From the NCBI GenBank assembly GCA_951406725.2, contig OX597814.1, forward strand, positions 128,960,001-129,024,000: a DNA stretch of 64,000 bases, written 5' to 3'. Both the position numbers and the translations under genes were made by a program. The notes under the pieces were generated by a model. It worked only from the letters and a program-made list of their open reading frames with translations, was not told the origin of the DNA and searched no databases. Each line of letters starts with the position of its first letter. The first letter of the stretch is position 1. This document shows, one piece after another, positions 1-11,798 of this stretch. This DNA is from Octopus vulgaris. Taxonomy: Eukaryota.

Positions 1-150
1 ATCTTAATGACTGCTTCGTAGAAAGTAACACCCATTATTTTGATTATTGCAAATCTCTGACACTATGTTGCTAGGTACAATAAATAAAATTCCTCATAAA
101 TTTAATTTCAGAATATTTAAGGTAGAACCTTAATGACTTGCTCTTTCTAT

Positions 151-322
151 AGGCGTAGGAGTGGCTGTGTGGTAAGTAGCTTGCTTACGAACCACATGGT
201 TCCAGGTTCAGTCCCACTGCGTGGCATCTTGGGCAAGTGTCTTCTACTATAACCTTGGGACGACCAAAGCCCTGTGAGTGGGCTTGGTAGATGGAAACTG
301 AAAGAAGCCTATTGTATATATG

Positions 323-354
<32 letters not shown>

Positions 355-592
355 ATATGTATGTGTGTGTGTGTATACGTTTGTGTGTCTGTGTTTTTCT
401 CTCCAACATCACTTGACAACTGATGCTGGTGTGTTTACGTCCCCGTAACTTAGCGGTTCAGCAAAAGAGACCGATAGAATAAGTACTAGGCTTACAAAGA
501 ATAAGTCCTGGGGTCGATTTGCTCAACTAAAGATTATGCTCCAGCATGGCCACTGTCAAATGACTGAAACAAGTAAAAGAGAAAAGAGAGTA
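151..592 (+). mobile_element. SINE family A (tRNA-derived head, CORE-like segment, internal microsatellite, (AAAAGAG)n-type tail), full length
   Basis: A-box-like TGGCTGTGTGG, B-box-like GGTTCAGTCCC, CORE-like 'cttgggcaagtgtctt', internal (TA)n(TG)n, 3' stem-loop 'gtca-aa-tgac'; ~20 copies in window. Confidence 0.9.
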
Positions 593-599
593 AGGTGGT

Positions 600-990
600 C
601 ATTTGTTTCTAGCTCTAAGTCAGCCCTTGGTTGAGCAGACCTATATAATCAAAGGTATTCCAGCTGTGACCATCACATCTTTGTTTTCTTTGTCATAGAA
701 TAACCTGGATTATATTATCCAATGTGTTCTTACTTTTTTATATAAGATCATAGTCTGATATGAGAGATTTGGCTACTATTTCTAGCAAGTTCAAAGATCA
801 CGTAAACTTTTATAATCAGTCATTCCAGCCATGATCACCACATTTTTTTAAAATTTGGCTTAGTGTACTCTGGACCGTATTATCCTATGTGTTCTTTGTA
901 TGTTTTTATATGATGAGATGTGATCTGAGAGAGATTTGGTAGTTATTTCTAGCAGGTTGAATGACCTGACCACATAGCTGCTTTCTTCTT
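600..990 (-). mobile_element. Old SINE-like family E, two tandem degenerate copies
   Basis: Motifs 'gagagatttggctactatttctagca' and 'atcaaaggtattccagctgtgaccatc' recur at ~5.7k, 8.0k, 12.8k, 19.5-19.9k, 27.9k, 30.0k, 35.2-35.9k, 42.0k, 49.2-49.7k, 52.9k; other copies end in (AAC)n. Confidence 0.65.
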
Positions 991-1234
991 GGTCCAGTAA
1001 GAAGCAAGGTGCAAGTAAACTCTCTTGCTTATTGGATAATATGAATTGATGTAGAGTTGAAGACTGGTGAACTCTGTATTCTGAAATTACTAAAAAAAGT
1101 ATAGCAGGAAAATATAAATATCGTATTTGCTATGTATAATGGTATGTTTCTGATAAATTCAACCGTGGAAGACGCTTGTACATACTAGCATGAAGAGATA
1201 AACAATAGTACATGGCTACACAAAAATACATAAT

Positions 1235-1273
<39 letters not shown>

Positions 1274-2089
1274 GCCTCTTTATACACACATATTGTAATT
1301 ATATATATATATATATATATGCATAATCGGTAAACGGTGGAATATACCTCATGAACTGGTATACCTATCTAGCAGATATGAATTTCTAAAAAATGTAAGA
1401 TAAACCAAATGCTGTGTGCCAAGAATTTCCAGACTCATCTGTCTGGCACTTTGACCTGAGAATTTGTATCTCTCCACCCACCCACCTATTTACCAAAATT
1501 TCAAGGATTGTTATTTTTATTATGAAAAAGAATAACCGAATTAGTAGAGCAGAGAGCAATTTTTATTTTGTTTTTTGTTTTTCTTTGGTATTTATTTAAG
1601 TCACTTTATGATCTGAGTTCAAATTACGTTGCCGTAACTTAGCAGTTCAGTATAAGAGACTGATAGAATAAGTACTAGGCTTACAAAAATTAAGTGCTGG
1701 CGTCAATTTGCTCAACTAAAAGGCGGTGCTCCAGCATGACCTCAGTCAAATGACTGAAACAAATAAAAGAGTAAAAGAGATATGAAATTGTGACCATGTA
1801 AATTTTGAAATGTAATTTTTTCTGCTCATGGGGAAAATGGAAAAATAAGAGTGAATATTTATTTTATGAGTGTTGTGTATTAAGTCTATAAAATTGTGCA
1901 TAAAGTATATAAAGTGCATTAAGTATACCAATTTCCTTCACTTTTTAATAAATAGCAGATGAACAACTACCTTTTGATACAAACACAACACAGGTTGTGC
2001 TTTCAGGATTTTTAGATAAAGTTTTCAGGAATAACGCAATACGTTTACTATTAATTCCGTGAAATATTCACAGGTCCCACTAGTTATTA

Positions 2090-2305
2090 AGGTGGCAAGC
2101 TGGCAGAATCATTAGCATGCCAGGCAAAATGCTTAGTGGCATTTTGGCTGTCTTTACATTCTGAGTTCAAAATCTGCCATGGTTGACTTTGCCAGTCATC
2201 TTTTCAGGGTCGATAAATGAAGTACCAGTGAAATACTGGAGTCGATGTAATTGACTAGTCCTCTCCTCCAAATTTCAGACCTTGTGCCTTTAGTAGAAAG
2301 GATTA
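2090..2305 (+). mobile_element. SINE family B (tRNA-like head, Meta/MESC-like core)
   Basis: TGGCAGAA A-box-like, GAGTTCAAA B-box-like, core 'gactttgcc..tcatc.tttc.gggtcgataaa..aagtaccag'; many copies. Meta/MESC assignment is from recall. Confidence 0.8.
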
Positions 2306-2614
2306 TTACCACCGCCTTATCTCAAGAACCACTGTATGGATTTAGATGAAACTTTCAGAGATGTTTGACCTTGTGACTGACATGAACTGATTAGGTTTTG
2401 GGATCAATCCAGTACTGGACAAGGATTCTGCATTATTTTTCCTGTCTTTTTTACTTAATTTTTGAGAGCAGTCAGGTTCATTTTTAGCATTCTCATTTGT
2501 GAAAGCAGTTGAGTTTATTTCAGATATTATCATTTTAAAAATCATCTCTGGCTAATTGCTGAGAAGACATTGGTGTTGCCTTGGCGGAGGTTTGTGCTCT
2601 CTGAGAGCTCTTGT
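2303..2614 (+). mobile_element. Helentron-associated (HINE/DINE-1-like) non-autonomous element
   Basis: 5' ttacc(a)ccgcc subterminal IR pairs with 3' ccttggcggaggt, followed by stem-loop gctctc-t-gagagc; second copy at 22973-23308. Confidence 0.7.
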
Positions 2615-2834
2615 CATTATTATTATTATTTTTATTATTATTACTATGTGTAGTGACAAAATTGTTAGAACATTGCAGTATTTCTTGCTCTTCATATTCT
2701 AAGTTTGAATCCTGTGAAGGTCAGCTTAACCTTTCATCCTCCTGGGATTCAATAAAATATAGTACCAGTCAAATATGAGGGTTAATGTAATCAAGTAATC
2801 CCTTCACACAGAATTTCTGACAGATGCATGTAAA

Positions 2835-3064
2835 ATGCACCATCTGAACGTGCACCATCTGCCTGACTGGCTCCTGTGCTGGTGGTATGTAAAAAGCACC
2901 CACTACACCCTTGGAGTGGTTGGCGTTAGGAAGGGCTCCCAGCTGTAGAAACATTGCCAGACCAGATTGGAGCCTGGTGCAGCTGCTGGCTTTCCGGACC
3001 TCAGTTAAACTGTCCAACCCCTGCCAGCATGGAAAGCGGACGTTAAACGATGATGTTGATGATG
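2835..3064 (+). mobile_element. Family C retroposon 3' part ((GAT)n tail)
   Basis: 'ggcgttaggaaggg..ccagctgtagaaac...catggaaagcggacgttaaacgatgatg'; >10 copies in window. Confidence 0.8.
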
Positions 3065-3971
3065 AAATTCTCATAAGGTATTGGTTAACTTGAGTTATAA
3101 TAGAAGAGAAAACTTACTTGGAAAAGGATTTCGAAATGCGGAGTAGGTGAAACAGGGACAACTGAAGAAGGGGAATATTCTTTATGTTGCATGTCTTGTT
3201 TCTCTGTTTTTCGTTGTTCGAAAAAAAAGTTTGTTTCTATGTTTTTGTTTTTATGTTTTCGTTTCTCATTGGGTTCAACGTTTTTTGATGTCCTGTACCC
3301 ATATATGCATGCATTTATACATATATATGTAGGTATGTACATATATGTATGAATATATGCATATATTTATATATTGTTTATATTATATAATAGAAGAGAC
3401 TTGCCTAATGTGCAGAGTAATGAGAGCAAACGTGAAATCATGTGAATGCAAAGAGAATGTTTTAACCACACTCATAGCATGTGCACGTGTGTGTGTGTGT
3501 ATATATATGTGTGTCTGTGTGTGTGTATGAGTATGTCTCATGTAAAAAGCACCTGAGCTGGTGCCTCATATAAAGCACCCACTACAGCTTGTAAAGTGGT
3601 TGGTATCCAGCTGTAGAAACCATGCCAGCATGGAAAACAGACGTTGAAAGATGATGGTGATTACATGTGTGTGTGTATACATACACATATCTGCATCCAC
3701 TCACTTACACACACACACATACACACACACTTGCATAAATTTTGTAGGCTTCTGAATAGTCTCCATTCACTAGATTCCATTCTCAAGATACTGGAAGATC
3801 TGAAGCCATTGCAGACACATTTGACCAAAGTATAACAGAAGAATCAGACCTGCAATTCAGTGGCTTCTGCATGTGGTGGATATATGAGTGTGTGTATGCA
3901 TATATATTGATATAAGTGTATGTATGCATGTATGTTGACATGGTTATATGTATGTACACAGTATGTTGATA

Positions 3972-4182
3972 TCTCTTTTACCTGTTTGTCATTTGACTGC
4001 GGCCATGCTGGAGCACTACCTTTAGTCGAGCAAATCGACCCCAGGACTTATTCTTTGTAAGCCTAGTACTTATTCTATCGGTCTCTTTTGCCGAACCGCT
4101 AAGTTACGGGGACATAAACACACCACCATCAGTTGTCAAGCGATGTTGGGGGGGACAAACGCAGACACACAAACATATACAA

Positions 4183-4247
<65 letters not shown>

Positions 4248-4408
4248 TATATACGATGGGCTTATTTCAGTTTCCGTCTACCAAATCCACTCACAAGGCC
4301 TTGGTCGGCCCGAGGCTATAGTGTGCCCAAAGTGCCACACAGTGGGACTGAACCCGGAACCATGTGGTTGGTAAGCAAGCTACTTACCACACAGCCACTC
4401 TTGCGCCT
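3972..4408 (-). mobile_element. SINE family A
   Basis: Reverse complement of the 151-592 family, with internal (CA)n(TA)n. Confidence 0.9.
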
Positions 4409-5069
4409 ATATACTTATGCTTGTATACATACTTGTTTCATCAACATTAAACATTCACTTTTCTATAGTTGACTCATATGAGTGAGTTTGTGTATACATA
4501 TATATACACTTTAAATGATGGTGATATATACATGAACATGTGTGAATGTAGTTATTGCATCATATGTAATCAGTGTATCTTTTGTGTATGTGTATATACT
4601 CACACACACACACACACATACAAAAGTATGTGAGGGATCATAAGATTATATATCATAGCTGTTAATGTATTTATGTAAATATATGCAAATTTATTCGTTG
4701 GGTTTCTTTTTGACAAAACTTTGTTTTGTTTTAAGAAAGTATCATTAATGAATCCCTCCCCTAACATCATCTGCACCACCCCTAACTATTCTGCACCACT
4801 CCAACTTTACCTCATTCTCACCAGTCATAATTCATCTTTACCTCATTCACACCCTACCTCATTCACACCCTACCTCATTCCCACCACCACCACCACCACC
4901 ACCATAATCTACCCAGTATGCAAGATCAGAAAGATGAGGGATGTAAGTCCCAGTTGGGTTCATATGTTGCCCCCCCACCCCGGGTAGGGAGGCTGAGGTG
5001 TCATTTTGACAGCCAGGGTAGGGTTGTACCTCATATTAATTGGGTGGAGTGTTTTGATTCAGGTCACTT

Positions 5070-5200
5070 GTCTAGTGGTGTTGGTAGTGGTGGTGGTGAT
5101 GTTGTTACTGCTACTGTTGGCGGTGGTGTTGGTGTTGTTGATGTTGCAATTGTTGTTGTTGGTGATGTTGCTGATGATGTCGATGCTCTTGCTGATGATG
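5070..5200. repeat. (GGT/GTT/GAT)n low-complexity tract
   Basis: Degenerate trinucleotide repeats; source of the Val/Leu/Gly-rich spurious ORFs. Confidence 0.8.
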
Positions 5201-5904
5201 TATTTTCCTTCTCTTTTCACTCTCTCAACTTTTTACTTGTACATTTTCTTCACCCAAATTTTTTCTCTTTTCTCTTTCGATTTATTTTAATCTTTCTTCT
5301 CAATTCTCCCTCCTACCATTTTCCTCATATTTATTTTATTTTTTTATTTTCATTTCTTTCTCTTTGCTTTTTTTCTTTCTTTTTTTTTCTCTCTCTCATA
5401 TTCTTTTTAGCAAATCTTTCTCCACGCCAAATTTATCTTAAATCTCCATAACCAAATACATACTCCCACACACGCACTTACACACAGACACGCATATTGA
5501 ATATTAATGGTCTATTATTCATGTAGATTTTAAAAATTCTGTACGGGTATATGTTCTTAGACACACACACACACACACTCTTACACATACATGTGTCAAA
5601 AATGGTAATTATCCATCTATTATAACCAGAGGCAATTATATAAGAAATGAAGGGTCCCCAATGCTTTCAGCTGACCTGCTAGATATAGCAGCAGCTTGGA
5701 AAAACAAAAAAAGAATGAAGGATGCACTGGATAATGTAGTCCAAAATTGATTTTCTAAATATAAGATAAGATGGCCATGGTAAGAATGTCTGCTTGTTCT
5801 GTATTGACTTGGACTAAGAATCCTCTATATGTTGATCTATATATTGTGAAGACAGTTTTGTCTCCTGGATGGGAGTATGTAGTCTGTTACTAAATAAGTT
5901 GGCC

Positions 5905-6264
5905 TCAGGGTTAGAAGCTTGCTTTGCAACCACTGTTTCATTTTCAGTTCCACTGTGTAGCACTGGGACAAGTGTCTTCTCTTATAATCCTGAGTCAATC
6001 AATGCCTTCTGTTTGAATTTGGTAGATGGTGTGTTGAATCCACTTGTATGTGTGACTTTGTATCTGTGTTTGTCTCTCCCAACACTTGATAATCAATATT
6101 GGTTTGTTTATGACCCTATAACTTAGTAGTTTGACAAAAGAGATTGATAGAATAAATGCTAGAGTTAAAACGAAAAGGAAGTACTCAGGTTGATTTATTC
6201 AAATAAAATCTTTCAAGGTTGTATCCCAGCATGGCCACAGTCCAATGTCTTAAAACAAGTAAAA

Positions 6265-6268
<4 letters not shown>
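5905..6268 (+). mobile_element. SINE family A, diverged copy
   Basis: Recognisable head, CORE-like segment and 'cccagcatggccacagtccaatg' tail. Confidence 0.7.
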
Positions 6269-6299
<31 letters not shown>

Positions 6300-6344
6300 A
6301 AGGAATTAAAGGTAATGCTATGCTATTTTGTAATAATCCTTATT

Positions 6345-6545
6345 AAGTTGGTGAGCTGGCAGAATTGTTAGCACACTGGACAAAATGCTTTAGTGGTATT
6401 TTGCCTGTCACAATGTTCTGAGTTCAAACTCCGCTGAGGTCAACTTTACCTTTCATCCTTTTAGGGTCAATAAATTGAGTCCTGGGGGTCAATGTAATCG
6501 GCTATCCCCTCTCCCAAATTTCAGGCCTTGTACCTATAATAGTAA
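6345..6545 (+). mobile_element. SINE family B
   Basis: gagctggcagaa...ctgagttcaaac...ctttcatccttttagggtcaataaa. Confidence 0.75.
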
Positions 6546-7769
6546 CTGATACCTCTATCAGTAACTGATACATCATCTTTACATGTTTGTGCCGATTATA
6601 AACAAAACACTCACCATTCATACAAGCAATAGCACGTGTTTACAGTGCATCATGAAAACATATCTGGGCTTCTTGAAATGTTCATTCCTGATTGACAAAA
6701 AAACCCTCACCATTCATTCAAATGGTGTCATTTGTTTGTAGTCCTTCACAAAACCCTGTATGAGCTGTTCGTTGTTTTATAGACAAGGTGATTATCTTGC
6801 TTGGAAACGAGTGAGGGTTGGCATCAGCAAGAGCATCCAGCTGTAGAAAATTCTGTCTCTGATACATGCAAGTATACAAGAGTAGACATTAAAACGATGA
6901 TGCTGATGTTAAACTTTGTGTTTGTGCTAAATAATCGGAGGACAATAATATGAATTGGAGTTCTAAACGAAAGCTGTTGCATAATTTAAATTTTTAAACT
7001 TTATCTCTTTCTCATATGCATAAATACACACACGCACATACACACGCGCACACACACACACACACACACACAGAAGGAGAGGCTTTTCAAACTCAATTGC
7101 AAGGCATTGGTTTTCCTGAAGCTATAATAGAAAACTCTTGCTGAAGATGTCACTGGGATTGAACCCCAAACGATATGGCTGGGAAGAGTATTTCTTAAAT
7201 GCAGCCATGCCTGCATGCTTGTGCACTCACACACACCACACCACTTACACCACACCACTTACACCACACCACACCTCACCACACACATACACACACACAC
7301 AGGCATATATCCAGTGGGTTCTCATATTGTTCTCCAAATAACCATTCTATATTGATTAGAACTGGAATGTTTCTAAGTTGATATCTGACTTGGTTATTTA
7401 TAGAGGAGGAGATAGATGGGTGTTATCTCACATTGCATATTGGTGCTTATTGGTCTAAACTGAAATTTCAATTATATCAGCTATAGTCCTTATCTACTTT
7501 GAATACAACCAAAGAATTATTGTTCTTCCACATCATCCCTTTAATCGTCGTCATCATCATGTTCAGGTTTTAATGTCAGCAGTTGTTACTTTTACAAAAG
7601 TCTACCTCTTCATTTCCTCCAAGATTAAACATTCTTAGATCTGTTTTAACTATCTGACCTCACATTTCCTTTTGCTTCTTCACTCATGGAGCCAGTACGT
7701 GATCTCTTGGTCCACTAGAACAGATAAATCTTTCACAAATCATGGCCTACTGCCTTATCCTTTTTATTC

Positions 7770-7976
7770 TCATATTTTTGTTGAAATACACTGCCTTTGC
7801 TTCAGTTAAGTTTGAAAATAAATAATTTAGTAAAATTACTTTGTCATTAAGCTGATGCTTAGAACAAAAAGATTAACATAAAATTCTGATAGGTTTCAAC
7901 TTGGATCACTTTAGAATAGGAAATTTGTATAATAGAAGCAGGGAGGTCTCGATTGGATTGATATCAAAAGGGTTAA
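7770..7976 (+). mobile_element. piggyBac-like MITE remnant
   Basis: Ends in AAAAGGG-TTAA; related sequence at ~12500-12747 and, reversed, at ~29830-29933. Confidence 0.45.
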
Positions 7977-8930
7977 AGAATAAAAAAACTAAAACATAAA
8001 AGAAAGATGACATTGGATAGTATACACCCAGTTACACTCTTTGAAAAAAAAGATGGAATGGTCACAGGTGGAATGTCTTTGAACATGTATCTATTCAGTT
8101 CATGTTGAGTCAGAGTTAAACACTATCATTTTTTGGTTTTCACCCATTTACACACCAGGCATCATTCATTCTCAGTATATGATTATCATTGCAATCTTGG
8201 TTTTAATGTCTGTTTTCCCATGTTATCAGGGTTTTGATGAATCTGAAATTGAAATCTTCCCATGGAATTTAAACACTGCATAATTTCTTATGGAACCAGT
8301 ATTCTTAGTTCACAAATTAACTTTATCTTATTTATCTCTAACATAAGCAGCTTCTTCTGCCAACTACTACTACATGTTTTTTTTCATTTCAGCATACAGC
8401 ATTCAATTGCATTACCTGTCACTTCTGACATAATACAAGCTTTATAACTATCCCATCTTCATACATACACACTTCCATCTGCCCATCAACAAGCTGAATA
8501 TCATCCACATCACTCTTGACAGTCTAGAGTTCTGCAAAAGAGCATTATTTCTCTTAAAACGAATCTTTATCAAAAATTACTTTAATGTCCAGTCACATTT
8601 TAGAATCAAGTCTGCTCTTAGCATTGTTTATAAGTTAATTTATCACATCCAATATAACCTATCCCATTTGATCCTTTCCTGTAACTCCAGATCATTTTCA
8701 TTTACTGAACATGGTCATCGTTAATATTCACTGTCCAAGCTGGCATGGGTAGCACAGTTTGACATGGAACCAGTGAGATGCAAGACTGTGTCAAGCTCTA
8801 ATGTCATCTTTGGCATGGTTTCTTTGACTGGATGCACTTCCTAAAGCTAGCCACTTTACAAAATGTACCAGATGCTTTTTCATGCCATCAGCATGAATAT
8901 CAATGAAGCTATTCTTTTTAATAATATTAA

Positions 8931-9091
8931 TTACACTCTCAGAGTGGCTGGCGTTAGGAAGGGCATCCAGCTGTAGAAACTCTGCCAGGTCAGATAGGAG
9001 TCTGGTGCAGCCATCTGGTTTGCCAGACCTCAGTCAAATTGTCCAACCCATGCTATCATGGAAAGCGGACGTTAAACGATGATGATGATGA
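8931..9091 (+). mobile_element. Family C retroposon 3' part
   Basis: Same consensus as 2835-3064, (GAT)n tail. Confidence 0.8.
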
Positions 9092-9284
9092 ATTATATGG
9101 ATTTTACAATTGAGCTAATCATCAATGCATGGTTGACTGTCAATTTTTGAGGGAAGATATTAGTCTCAGTTGAAAATGCTCCTGAGCTATTATCATAGTT
9201 TCTGTGAGTTTTCCAATAAATTAAGGTGACAAACTATTTAATGTTCGTATTTTTCTGAGATGAATTTATGGAGAAATTTTTAAC

Positions 9285-9480
9285 AATTTCGTTTTTGGAT
9301 TTGGTTTGCAAGATTCTTTAAATGAGTTTGTGTGTTGAAGCATATTCTGTTGTGTCTGGGGAGAGTCATTTTCTTTTTGTGTCTTATAATGTAACACACT
9401 CACTGATAAAATTTCAACTTATTTCTTATTTTCCTAAAATTTTCGTTGCATCTTGCAACCTTTTCAATAGTCTTGACTCT
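9285..9480 (+). repeat. Unclassified interspersed repeat (same family as 49243-49570)
   Basis: High similarity to the reverse complement of 49387-49570; ends '...tcaatagtcttgactct'. Confidence 0.75.
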
Positions 9481-10033
9481 ATCATGGAAATGGTTTTGAC
9501 ATGATTTGATTGGTGTTCTTTCCAGTTGTCTTTAGGTAACATCCCTAAGTTATTCCTAACCATCTGATGATAATTGGAAAGAATACTAATTCAAGCATTA
9601 TAACAGAAACATGGAAAATATTCTGAAAGACAAACATTAGCTTTGTCTTCGTTCATTATCAGGTACCATTTAAAGGTAACCAGGCTACATAGAATTAAAT
9701 GCTTTTATCCATTATAACACATGTAAATAGTCTACATATAAGTAACATAAGATAGGTGTAAACTCATTAGTGGCAGTCATATTGGATTAAACTTGGCGCC
9801 ATTTTACTAGTGTTGATTTTCAGTTAGTGTTACATAGACTACCTCTTTTATTTTCCATTGTCTTCACTGAATTTCTTTGTCTGTAATGGAATCTTAACGA
9901 TATGCTTTCCTTCTTCACACTATACATGCTTGCCATTCCTGATTTTATAGTTTTCACCTCTGATTTTTAAAGATCTTCATATTTCTGCGGTTCTAGCTTT
10001 TATGCTCTCTCTCTCTCTATCTTCTTTCTACAG

Positions 10034-10039
10034 CTTACC
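10034..10039 (+). CDS. Candidate 6-nt microexon (CTTACC) of an unidentified host gene
   Basis: Long pyrimidine tract + CAG acceptor (10031-10033), perfect GTAAGT donor (10040-10045), upstream TGC motifs, length divisible by 3. Confidence 0.5.
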
Positions 10040-10073
10040 GTAAGTGTACAAGTTTTATATTTTTCTGTTATTA

Positions 10074-10425
10074 GACAGACATGGTTGTGTGGTTAAGAAG
10101 GTTGCTATGCGACCATGTGGTTTTGGTTCCCATTGTGTTCTACCGGCGGACCAATGTCTTGAGTGAATTTCGTAGATGGAAACTGTGTGGAAGCCCAACA
10201 TGTGTGTGCATGTGTATTTGTGTGTGTATGTATATATGTGTGTATGCATGTATGTGTGTGTGTATATATGCATGCATGCATGTGTGTGTGTTTGTATGTA
10301 TACATGCATGTTTGTGTGCATGCATGTGTGTATGTATGTATGTGTGTGTGTATACATGTGTATGTATGTATGTATGTATATGAATATATATCTATATATA
10401 TATGCACACATGTATATGTATGTGT
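10074..10425 (+). mobile_element. SINE family A-like head followed by expanded (TG/TA/TGCA)n microsatellite
   Basis: tggttgtgtggttaagaag head, gtagatggaaactg segment, then ~220 bp compound microsatellite. Confidence 0.7.
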
Positions 10426-10465
10426 TTTTTATTGTTGTATTTGTCACCCCACTGCTACTTTTGGT

Positions 10466-10868
10466 TTTACTCTTTTACTTGTTTCAGTCATTTGACAGTG
10501 GCCATGCTGGAGCACTGCCTTTAGTCGAGCAAATCAACCCCAGGACTTATTCTTTGTGAGCCTAGTACTTATTCTATCGGTCTCTTTTGCCGAACCACTA
10601 AGTTACTGGGACGTAAACACACCAGCATCAGTTGTCAAGCAATTTGGTGGGGGGGGGGGAAACAAACACAGACACACAAACATACACACACATATATATA
10701 CATATATATACATACGATGGGCTGCTTTCAGTTTCCGTCTACCAAATCCACTCACAAGGCTTTGGTCGGCTCGAGGCTATAGTAGAAGACACTTGCCCAA
10801 GGTGCCACGCAGTGGGACTGAACTCGGAACCATGTGGTTGGTAAGCAAGCTACTTACCACACAGCCAT
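10466..10868 (-). mobile_element. SINE family A
   Basis: Near-complete reverse copy. Confidence 0.9.
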
Positions 10869-11759
10869 GACCCCATGACTTAGTATGACTGAAATACGTG
10901 AAAGATGAAGATAACTCAATTTGTCACAAAAATCCACATAGAACAGAACATTAATAACATAAATTTAATCCTCATTGCATTGCTAATAATGAAGACTTTT
11001 ATTATAGATTTCTCTAAAAAAAAAAAAAAAAAGTATTTTCGATTAGACTATTGCTGTTGTTATAGATTTATCTATAAAAAGGGATTCATGAATGAAACAA
11101 AAGCGTGATGAAAGGATAGATTTTCAGGTGAGATGAAATTTGAGATGGTTCTACTTGCTGTTCACTACTCACCTAGTTCTGTCTCAGGCTGCTTACCGAT
11201 TATCTGTAACCTGTGATACAACAATACCTTCGATACCTTTAGATCAATATATAAAAAAATGTATAACAATTGATTTCCAATGATGTTGGTAAACATTATT
11301 TGTTTTTAACATTTATTCATAAATGTACTTTATGGGAGTTTGTATTTTTAGCTAAATGCACATATTTGCATTGTTTTTGATGTCAATACCACATATAAAC
11401 ACATACTCAGACATGCAGACACATGCCAAGAAAATAGCTGCTATTTGGTTACTTAGCCTGCTAGAAATAGCAGCCAAATCTCCCTAAAATCATACTTGCC
11501 AAACTTATGTTCCAAACACCAGCCTAATCTCATTCTCATTTCTCATTTACTTGTTTCAGTCATTTGACTGTGGCCATGCTGGAGCAGTGCCTTTAGTCGA
11601 GCAAATCGACCCCAGGACTTATTCTTTGGAAGCCAAGTACTTATTCTATCGATCTCTTTTGCCAAACCACTAAGTTACGGGGACGTAAACACACCACCAT
11701 CGATTGTCAAGCTATGTTGGGGGACAAACACAGACACACAAACATATACACACACACAC

Positions 11760-11790
<31 letters not shown>

Positions 11791-11798
11791 TATATATA

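Noticed and set aside
185-412. Recurrent ORFs ending '...VEDTCPRCHAVGLNLEPCG' and similar
   Set aside because: Antisense or sense translations of SINE family A; they recur wherever the SINE does
1140-1180. ctgataaattcaaccgtggaagacg as a hammerhead
   Set aside because: No GAAA box or consistent helices
3160-3200. caaCTGAAGAaggggaatattcttt hammerhead-like start
   Set aside because: No GAAA or helix III downstream; at most a decayed remnant
4918-5451. 177-aa ORF with hydrophobic tail
   Set aside because: Made of GTT/GGT repeats and a pyrimidine tract; no domain signal
11066-11127. Plus-strand AG...CAG|GTGAGA exon candidate
   Set aside because: Stop codons in all three frames and a weak acceptor
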